Positions 57,901 through 64,000 of a DNA stretch of 64,000 nucleotides are shown here, piece by piece. The translations under genes were made by a program, and so were the position numbers. Position 1 is the first letter of the stretch; each line of letters begins with the position of its first letter. The notes below the pieces were generated by a model. It was given only the letters and a program-made list of their open reading frames with translations, searched no databases and had not been told where the DNA came from. The stretch comes from an uncultured Roseivirgaceae bacterium (GTDB lineage: Bacteria; Bacteroidota; Bacteroidia; Cytophagales; Cyclobacteriaceae). The stretch is taken from the NCBI GenBank assembly GCA_964532595.1, contig CAZHIQ010000011.1:5249-69248 (forward strand), read 5' to 3'.

Positions 57901-59118
57901 TCGACCTGTTATTCACTGGTCGCCTATCATACCGCTTACCTGAAAGCGAACTACCCTGCCGAGTACATGGCGGCGGTGCTTACCCACTCACAGAACAACC
58001 TCGAGAATGTTACTTTCTTCATTGAAGAATGTCGCAACCTGGGGATCCGTGTACTCGGTCCACACATCAATGAATCCGGGAAGTATTTTGCGGTGAACAA
58101 AGACGGGGAGATCCGCTTCGGTCTCGGCGCCATCAAGGGAACGGGTGACGCCGCCGTTGAGTCAATTATCCAGGAACGTGAGACCAACGGACCCTATACT
58201 GACATCTTTGATTTCGCCAAACGACTGACACAGCGCTCGGTCAACAAAAAGACGTTCGAAAGTCTGGCGCTTTCCGGGGCATTCGATTGCTTCCCCGATG
58301 TTCACCGTCGCCAATATGTTTACGCAAAAGAAGGCGACATTAACCTCATCGAGAAAGCCATCAAGTATGCCATCCGCACGCAGATGGAGGAACAAAGTGC
58401 ACAGGCCAGCTTGTTCGGCAGCAGCACAGGCACAAGCATGCCCAAACCGCGCATCGAACCCGTCGAACCCTTCAGCGAAATAGAAAAGCTCAATCTCGAG
58501 AAAGAGGTAGTCGGAATTTATATATCCGGTCACCCCCTCGATAACTTCCGCTTCGAAATGGAGAGCTTCTGCAATACCGCATGTGGTCAGCTGAACGAAC
58601 TCGAGCCCCTGGCTGGGCGCGATATACGCCTCGGGGGAATTGTCTCGGGTGTCGAACACCGTACAACCAAGACGGGCAAGCCCTTTGGACGTTTTTACCT
58701 CGAAGACTATACCGGAAACGCATCGTTTATGCTTTTCGGAGAAGATTACCTGAAGTTTCGCAACTTCCTGAACATCGGGTGGTTTCTCTTCATTGAAGGG
58801 ACAGTCGTCCGAAGCAATTGGGGACAGCAAAACCTGGAATTCAAAATTCGCAATATCGATCTGCTGAACGAGATAGGCCTGAAGCGCAGCAAAGGCATTC
58901 AACTGCGCCTGAACGCCAGTGACGTCACGCCTGACCTGATCGGAAAAATTGAAGACGTTTGCCAGGAATTCAGCGGGAACACCCCTCTGTTTCTCAAAGT
59001 CTGGGATGAGCAGGAAAACATATCACTTGAATTGATGTCGCGGAGGTTCCGCGTCAATCCGGTCAATGATATGGTAAGAAAGATGAGGAAAGTCGCCGAT
59101 GTAGAGGTCCGGACGTAG
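54931..59118 (+). CDS. dnaE: DNA polymerase III alpha subunit with an N-terminal DEDDh 3'-5' exonuclease domain
   Basis: FDTETTG, GHNIEFD, HDASYDV exonuclease motifs; HLHAH PHP; GPGRGSAAGS, PDIDIDF, KMDFLGL, YAFNKSH polymerase motifs. Confidence 0.97.
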   Translation: MYLIFDTETTGVPHNKTAPITDLDNWPRLVQIAWQLHDNKGRLISRQNRIVKPEGFDIPYKAEQIHGISTRRAMEEGHNLRDVLELLIADLAQCTLIVGHNIEFDISIVGAEFIRQQLDVDQLLKLEKLDTALASTEFCQLAGGIGGRLKMPRLTELHEKLFGQGFDDAHDASYDVAATARCFFALIEKKIVSPADETAPEDITYEAPNLEAANFSKREKRKSAAYSLTGDGDVPVTDKPFVHLHAHSQYSVLQATPDVKSMVAKAKSYGMSALALTDLGNMYGAFKFVKEALSQEIKPIVGCEFYLAEERLKLKFTKDNPDRRFNQVLLAKNKNGYHNLARLSSLAFSEGLYGIYPRIDKALVCQYKQDLIAVTGGLNSEVPYLILNVGEKQAEEAFRWWHEQFGDDFYIELNRHGIPEEDHVNEVLLRFAEKYGVRYFAANECFYLDREESNAHDVLLCIKEGEFKSTPIGQGRGRRYGLPNDQYYFKSPQEMNSIFRDLPEALDTVQEIVDKVESYSLERNVLLPKFDIPEGFESEDDYLRHLTFEGARKRYGELTQPIIDRLEFELNTIKNTGYPGYFLIVQDFTSKARELGVSVGPGRGSAAGSAVAYCIGITNVDPIKYDLLFERFLNPDRVSLPDIDIDFDDEGRDKVLRYVIEKYGRTQVAQIITYGTMAAKSSIRDCARVMELPLMEANVLAKLIPERPGTSLQAAFQEVRELEDIRKGDDLRAQVLQQAVVLEGSVRNTGVHACGVIITPDDLRNFVPVSVAKDSDMLVTQFDNSVVESAGLLKMDFLGLTTLTIIKTAIKNIKKSRNIDINIDEVPLDDPKTYELFQRGETTGTFQFESAGMQKYLRQLKPDKFEDLIAMNALYRPGPMEYIPAFVNRKHGREPITYDLPEMEEYLSETYGITVYQEQVMLLSQKLAGFSKGDADVLRKAMGKKQKAVLDKMKDKFLEGCARNGHPREICEKVWADWEAFAQYAFNKSHSTCYSLVAYHTAYLKANYPAEYMAAVLTHSQNNLENVTFFIEECRNLGIRVLGPHINESGKYFAVNKDGEIRFGLGAIKGTGDAAVESIIQERETNGPYTDIFDFAKRLTQRSVNKKTFESLALSGAFDCFPDVHRRQYVYAKEGDINLIEKAIKYAIRTQMEEQSAQASLFGSSTGTSMPKPRIEPVEPFSEIEKLNLEKEVVGIYISGHPLDNFRFEMESFCNTACGQLNELEPLAGRDIRLGGIVSGVEHRTTKTGKPFGRFYLEDYTGNASFMLFGEDYLKFRNFLNIGWFLFIEGTVVRSNWGQQNLEFKIRNIDLLNEIGLKRSKGIQLRLNASDVTPDLIGKIEDVCQEFSGNTPLFLKVWDEQENISLELMSRRFRVNPVNDMVRKMRKVADVEVRT

Positions 59119-59212
59119 CCATTTCCTTCTTTGGATCGGAAACTTTAAATTGCTGGCGAACTAATTCACCCCCATGGGGTGTTGATAGTATAAATCATAA
59201 ACACAATAACAA

Positions 59213-59539
59213 ATGGGCAAAGCTATCGAACTCAACGACGCCAACTTCGACGAAGTCATCAATTCCGACAAACCAGTTCTGGTTGATTTTTGGGCGGAAT
59301 GGTGCGGCCCCTGTAAAATGATCGGACCGGTAGTAGAGGAACTTGCCGGCGAATACGAAGGCAAGGCCGTTGTCGCTAAGGTAAACGTCGATGAGAACCC
59401 CACCGTTACGGGTCGCTTCGGTATCCGGAGTATCCCCACGCTGTTGGTTTTCAAGAACGGCGAGATCGTTGACAAGCAAGTGGGTGCCGTACCCAAGTCG
59501 GTACTCGCGCAAAAGCTCGAAGCACAGGTAGTCGCCTGA
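59213..59539 (+). CDS. trxA: Thioredoxin
   Basis: [20 protein letters not shown]. Confidence 0.97.
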   Translation: MGKAIELNDANFDEVINSDKPVLVDFWAEWCGPCKMIGPVVEELAGEYEGKAVVAKVNVDENPTVTGRFGIRSIPTLLVFKNGEIVDKQVGAVPKSVLAQKLEAQVVA

Positions 59540-59555
59540 GCCCTACCGGGTCTCG

Positions 59556-59594
59556 AATAATACAAGGTACTCTAAACAAGTACCTTTTATTATT
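59556..59594. terminator. Probable bidirectional terminator between trxA and ykgJ
   Basis: AATAATA-c-AAGGTAC...GTACCTT-t-TATTATT inverted repeat with T/A-rich flanks. Confidence 0.6.
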
Positions 59595-60078
59595 TTATAG
59601 CTATCGTCTTCAGCCGCTCTACCATTTCAAAGACAGCCGGACACACCATCGTGTTCTTTAGCGTCAGCGTAGCGATTTGCGCCACCTTCTTCCGATCGGT
59701 ATGCGGGTACTCCCGGCATGCTTTAGGTCTGTGGTCGTAGATTGTGCAATAATTATCTATATCGAGAAACGGACATGGCGAAGATTTCAAGACGTTGTCT
59801 CCGTCTTCATCAACGCGAAGAAAGCGTGTCACAAAATCCCCCGGTTTCATGCGCAGCGCGCCCGCCGCACGTTCTATGTCGTTAGGGTAAAAAATCGGAC
59901 TGGTTGTCTTACAGCAGTTCGCGCATTCTAAACAATCGATTTCGTCAAACACATCGTTGTGTATCCGATGGAAGATGTCGTCAACGCGCCGGGGATCCTT
60001 CTTCTTCAATGACAGCAAAAACTTCCGGTTCTCCTGTTCCTTCTTCCGGGAAAGCCTTGTAAACTCTTCAATGATCAC
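59590..60078 (-). CDS. YkgJ-family cysteine-cluster protein
   Basis: DCLECANCCK, PCPFL, CTIYDHRPKACREYPH, CPAV. Confidence 0.9.
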   Translation of the reverse strand: MIIEEFTRLSRKKEQENRKFLLSLKKKDPRRVDDIFHRIHNDVFDEIDCLECANCCKTTSPIFYPNDIERAAGALRMKPGDFVTRFLRVDEDGDNVLKSSPCPFLDIDNYCTIYDHRPKACREYPHTDRKKVAQIATLTLKNTMVCPAVFEMVERLKTIAIK

Positions 60079-60152
60079 GGTATGGTGCTATCGGTAATGC
60101 AGCACAAAGATCGAAAAAAGGATCCGGATGCTAATCGGCGGTATCGAAATGT

Positions 60153-60641
60153 TTAGTTGCTGAGCGTGTAATCAAACACATCCTCCACCCACCGTCCGGC
60201 CTCGTCCTGTCGCTCGAGAATAACCCGCAAGGTATCGGGATTTGTCCGACGGAAAGTCAACGCCGTCTTCCTGTCCTTCCGTTCGAAGCGGGCGTGATTG
60301 GGTTCAAGAAACATCAGCGGGTATTCCCACGGGGCGTCCTTCTCTTCCCAGCCAATGCCACCCCGACTGAAATGACGCAGGTACATCACCGGCCCTTCTT
60401 TTTCGGTCTGCTCAACAATTATCAGTTGATAATACACCACTCTTCCGTCTTTGACACAGCGATACGCGCACATCATATTGTCGCCCATAGGTCGCGTCCA
60501 GTGCTCCTCCATGTCACCCCAAGGGCTGGTGGTTACCCACCGTCCTGTGAGGAACGCCAGATCACGCACATTTCGCTGCGGCGACTGTCCGAACAATGAC
60601 CCTCCGATGCAAACAAAGAGAAAACATACAACGCCTCTCAT
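60153..60641 (-). CDS. DUF6265-like exported protein
   Basis: Signal peptide; LAFLTGRW, MEEHW, YLRHF lipocalin-like pattern; start taken at MRGVVCF. Confidence 0.7.
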   Translation of the reverse strand: MRGVVCFLFVCIGGSLFGQSPQRNVRDLAFLTGRWVTTSPWGDMEEHWTRPMGDNMMCAYRCVKDGRVVYYQLIIVEQTEKEGPVMYLRHFSRGGIGWEEKDAPWEYPLMFLEPNHARFERKDRKTALTFRRTNPDTLRVILERQDEAGRWVEDVFDYTLSN

Positions 60642-60839
60642 GATCCTTTTTTTGTGTTCCAAACACGATCGATAACGTGTTAAAAAATCATGCACCCTGC
60701 CATGGCCCGGAATACTCATTTCGATATATCGCCTTCCTGGGGCATCCAACGAAAAATAAAGCCAGTGGCGGAGACCTTAACAAAATCCACAGTTACCTCC
60801 GGAATGCAGGGGTATATTTATGAGCATTACGCGGATATT

Positions 60840-61109
60840 ATGAAGGGATACTTCCGAATGCGTTTTATAGTCGGAAAACTCACACAAGACGAGATGGCAG
60901 CGCTAAAAAAAGGCGATCCCGTCATCGCTAAAATGCTGCTTATTCCCGACGACTATAAGGTCTTTCATTACAAAACAGGTGACGAAATCGAAGTGGAGAC
61001 CGAAGAGGGTGACCGCGTTTGGGCCCGAATTCGCGGCATGGAAGTAATCGAAGACCCGCAGCACGTCATCATCATGTTCACGCTGACCTGCGACACGCCA
61101 GTCTCGTAA
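60840..61109 (+). CDS. Hypothetical ~89-aa beta-rich protein
   Basis: MKGYFRMRFIVGKL...FHYKTGDEIEVETEEGDRVWARI...; start uncertain (ORF track extends to 60690). Confidence 0.6.
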   Translation: MKGYFRMRFIVGKLTQDEMAALKKGDPVIAKMLLIPDDYKVFHYKTGDEIEVETEEGDRVWARIRGMEVIEDPQHVIIMFTLTCDTPVS

Positions 61110-61207
61110 TTCTCCGAACAATCAGGATCAGTCCTTAAGAACAGCAACCCTGAGAGGGATGGGGAGGTGGTATGCAATTTTATTTATCTCTCCATAATCC
61201 TCTTCTC

Positions 61208-64000
61208 ATGTCAGAACGGCCCCGGATAGATGAAAAACTGCATTGGTACAAAGACGCAGTTATTTATGAAGCCCATATTAAAGCATTTCGAGACGGCAAC
61301 GGAGACGGAATCGGCGATTTTCCCGGTCTGTTGCAAAAGCTCGACTATCTTGTCGAACTAGGAGTAACCGCGATATGGCTGCTGCCTTTTTACCCCTCCC
61401 CATTGCGCGACGATGGATACGATATCGCGGACTACTACTCGATCAACCCCGCCTACGGAGATTTGACGCACTTTCAGCAACTCCTTGACGCCGCGCACGA
61501 GCGAAATCTGAAAGTCATTACTGAACTGGTCATTAATCACACTTCCGACCAACACCCATGGTTTCAACGCGCGCGCCGTGCGCCCAAGGGCTCACCGGAA
61601 CGCAACTATTATGTATGGTCCGATGATTCAGCCAAGTACAAAGATGTCAGAATTATCTTCCAAGACTTCGAGGCGTCGAACTGGACATGGGATAATGAGG
61701 CACAACAATACTACTGGCATCGGTTCTTCCACCATCAGCCTGATCTGAACTTCGACAATCCCCTTGTTCAGGAAGAAGTATTCAGTATCATCAATTTCTG
61801 GGCGAGTATGGGTGTTGACGGATTTCGCCTCGACGCCGTCCCCTATCTGTTTGAGCGCGAGGGCACCAACGGCGAGAACTTGCCGGAGACCCATGAATAT
61901 CTGAAGAAACTACGCAAATACGTCGATACCCATTTCCCGGGTACGCTGCTTTTGGCTGAAGCCAATATGTGGCCGGAAGATGCCGCGGCTTACTTTGGCG
62001 AGGGTGACGAATGTCACATGAACTACCATTTTCCGGTTATGCCGCGCATGTTTATGGCCCTCCAAATGGAAGACCGATACCCCATTACCGACATTTTTGA
62101 GCAAACGCCGGAAATTCCCGACACCTGCCAGTGGGCGATTTTTCTTCGGAATCACGACGAACTCACACTTGAGATGGTCACCGACGAGGAACGCGACTAT
62201 ATGTACAAAGTTTATGTCAAAGACCCTAAAGCGCGGATCAACCTCGGTATCCGCCACCGTCTCGCCCCACTAATGGGCAACAACCGGAAGAAAATTGAAT
62301 TACTGAACTACCTCCTCTTCTCCCTACCCGGAACACCGGTGATCTATTATGGCGATGAGATCGGTATGGGCGACAACTATTACCTCGGTGACCGTGATGG
62401 AGTGCGCACACCCATGCAGTGGTCGGCCGATCGCAACGCGGGCTTCTCCGAAGCAAATCCACATCAGCTTTATCTCCCGGTAATCCTCGATCCGGAGTAC
62501 CATTATGAAGCAGTGAATGTTGAGCTACAAAGCGGAAATACGTCTTCGTTGCTGTGGTGGATGAAACGGCTAATCAGCCGACGCAAACAATACAAAGCAC
62601 TTAGCCGCGGTGACATGAAATTCGTCTCCTCCGAGAATCCAAAGATTCTCGCCTTCACCCGGTCTTATGAAGATGAAGCAATGCTGGTCGTTGTCAACCT
62701 CTCACGCTACACGCAACCGGTCGAGCTTGACCTGACAGAATTCTCGGGATACAATCCCATTGAAGTTTTCAGCAAGAACAAATTTCCCCTGATAAAGCCC
62801 GACACGCAATACTTTCTCACTATGAGCGGTCATGATTGCCTGTGGTTTATTCTTGAACAAAGCCAGACTACACTACAGGAAAACCAAACACTTCCTCTCC
62901 TTCGTCTGCAGCGTTGGGAGGAAGTGATGGAGCCGCGAACCATGTCCCGTCTTGCCTCATCGGTATTACCCCGCTACATCAAAAAAATGCGATGGTTCGG
63001 CGGAAAGAGTAGAATGGTTGAGCACATCGATATATTCAACCACACGGTGATTCCGATGTCGGAGTACAGCACTATCATCTTCCTCCTGAATGTCACCTAT
63101 CAAAGCGGTCTGCCGGAAATCTATCAGCTTCCTGTCACCTTCGCCACACAAACACAGGCCATTCGTATCGAAGATGGCTGCCCGAAAGCTGTTATCGCCC
63201 GGATGGAAATCGATGAAACGGAGGGCATTTTATACGATGCATTGTACGGACTTCCTTTCCAGGAAGCCATTCTCCGAATGATGGCTTCAAACCAGGACAT
63301 TCGCTTTGGGAATACTACTCTCTTCTTTAAGGGACTTGCCCCTTTGGGCGACGCACTAGATGACGAAGAGAATCTGAAGCCGAGGGTGTTATCAGGAGAA
63401 CAGAGCAACACGTCGCTAATTTACGGTAACAAGTATTTTATGAAGATCTTCCGGAAGGTAGATCGGGGTATCAATCCCGATCTGGAGATCATTCAGTTTC
63501 TGACACATCACACCGCCTTCAGCAATGTCCCGTCATATACAGGATCAATCGAATGGAGAAAGGGGAAAGAGACCTTGATCATCGGAATGATGCAGGAGAT
63601 GATCGAAAGCAACGGTGATGGATGGACGAATATGCTTGACCGGCTCAACGACTTCAATGAGGCTATTCTCGTGAGCAACATCAGTCTCTCGGAGCACGAC
63701 AAAGTCGGTACGCTACTCGATCCTGTTTCCTATGAAGACACGCCTGAGCTTATCCGGCAACTGATAGACACGAACACGGCGGAGCAAGCACGGATTCTCG
63801 GTGTTCGTACAGGTGAGATGCATATTGCACTAAGCTCGGGACGGACACCCGAATTCACTCCAGAGCCATATTCGCTTCACTATCAGCGATCGCTGTACGC
63901 AGGCCTGCAGTCTCTGGTAAGAAGTACCTTCGTCAGTCAGAGAAAGAGTCTGCAAAACCTCGACGAGGAGACCCGAAAACACGCCGAGGAAGTTCTGGCT
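61208..64000 (+). CDS. treS: Trehalose synthase / maltose alpha-D-glucosyltransferase fused to maltokinase (TreS-Pep2), 3'-truncated by the window edge
   Basis: Hand translation (not in ORF track): WYKDAVIYE, LPFYPSPLRDDGYD, VINHTSDQHPWF, GFRLDAVPYL, AEANMW, LRNHDEL; then RWFGGK, GEQSNTS, NPDLEI kinase motifs. Confidence 0.95.
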   Translation, partial: MSERPRIDEKLHWYKDAVIYEAHIKAFRDGNGDGIGDFPGLLQKLDYLVELGVTAIWLLPFYPSPLRDDGYDIADYYSINPAYGDLTHFQQLLDAAHERNLKVITELVINHTSDQHPWFQRARRAPKGSPERNYYVWSDDSAKYKDVRIIFQDFEASNWTWDNEAQQYYWHRFFHHQPDLNFDNPLVQEEVFSIINFWASMGVDGFRLDAVPYLFEREGTNGENLPETHEYLKKLRKYVDTHFPGTLLLAEANMWPEDAAAYFGEGDECHMNYHFPVMPRMFMALQMEDRYPITDIFEQTPEIPDTCQWAIFLRNHDELTLEMVTDEERDYMYKVYVKDPKARINLGIRHRLAPLMGNNRKKIELLNYLLFSLPGTPVIYYGDEIGMGDNYYLGDRDGVRTPMQWSADRNAGFSEANPHQLYLPVILDPEYHYEAVNVELQSGNTSSLLWWMKRLISRRKQYKALSRGDMKFVSSENPKILAFTRSYEDEAMLVVVNLSRYTQPVELDLTEFSGYNPIEVFSKNKFPLIKPDTQYFLTMSGHDCLWFILEQSQTTLQENQTLPLLRLQRWEEVMEPRTMSRLASSVLPRYIKKMRWFGGKSRMVEHIDIFNHTVIPMSEYSTIIFLLNVTYQSGLPEIYQLPVTFATQTQAIRIEDGCPKAVIARMEIDETEGILYDALYGLPFQEAILRMMASNQDIRFGNTTLFFKGLAPLGDALDDEENLKPRVLSGEQSNTSLIYGNKYFMKIFRKVDRGINPDLEIIQFLTHHTAFSNVPSYTGSIEWRKGKETLIIGMMQEMIESNGDGWTNMLDRLNDFNEAILVSNISLSEHDKVGTLLDPVSYEDTPELIRQLIDTNTAEQARILGVRTGEMHIALSSGRTPEFTPEPYSLHYQRSLYAGLQSLVRSTFVSQRKSLQNLDEETRKHAEEVLA

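Noticed and set aside
58162-59565. 246-aa and 134-aa minus-strand ORFs opposite dnaE and trxA
   Set aside because: Antisense shadows of highly conserved genes
61358-63702. Short ORF-track calls in the last 2.7 kb suggesting a fragmented region
   Set aside because: They are shadows; the real gene is the treS-maltokinase frame from 61208, omitted only because it has no stop in the window
61208-64000. TreS-maltokinase fusion as a novelty
   Set aside because: A well-known architecture in many bacteria
1-64000. CRISPR arrays, tRNA/rRNA, IS elements, prophage, programmed frameshifts or stop-codon recoding
   Set aside because: No regularly spaced repeats, tRNA/rRNA signatures, transposase/integrase motifs or split conserved genes were seen by eye; a tRNAscan/Infernal run would be needed to exclude small RNAs fully

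Overview
A 64-kb, gene-dense chromosomal window of mostly housekeeping genes. It is inferred to come from a Bacteroidota, probably Cytophagales-like, genome: TAnnTTTG -7 promoter boxes sit before many genes, there is a T9SS C-terminal-domain protein and DUF4835/PorD, bamD-rpoZ-coaBC-porD-recN synteny is present, and NuoG is the short form. Left to right: 5' part of a ligase-associated DNA-damage exonuclease, pepE, a thioredoxin-family gene, YkgJ, a complete nuoA-N operon, a WYL/YafY regulator, a sodium:solute symporter, mdh, tilS, an OstA-like protein, an OMP, a T9SS cargo protein, bamD-rpoZ-coaBC-porD-(small Sm-like ORF)-recN, recQ, a DUF4905-LysM-OmpA-ABC-DUF3299 block, nfeD, slyD, a PadR-PspC-ECF sigma-anti-sigma-OMP block, TetR-paaA/(antisense ORF)/paaBCD, a DEAD-box helicase, sdhCAB, exonuclease-fused dnaE, trxA, a second YkgJ, DUF6265, and a treS-maltokinase fusion cut by the right edge. 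I saw no rRNA, tRNA, CRISPR array, transposase, integrase or prophage gene. The best leads are: (1) a 74-aa ORF with an Sm/LSm/Hfq-like pattern coupled to recN, in a phylum generally reported to lack Hfq; (2) a ~185-nt slyD leader with nested helices and two mutually exclusive pairings; (3) an antisense ORF splitting paaA from paaBCD; (4) two small membrane peptides missed by the ORF track, one a self-contained transcription unit and one upstream of sdhCAB ending in CxxC; (5) DnaE with a degenerate PHP site and a fused DEDDh exonuclease. All family calls are by-eye motif recognition, RNA pairings were found by hand, and no searches were run.
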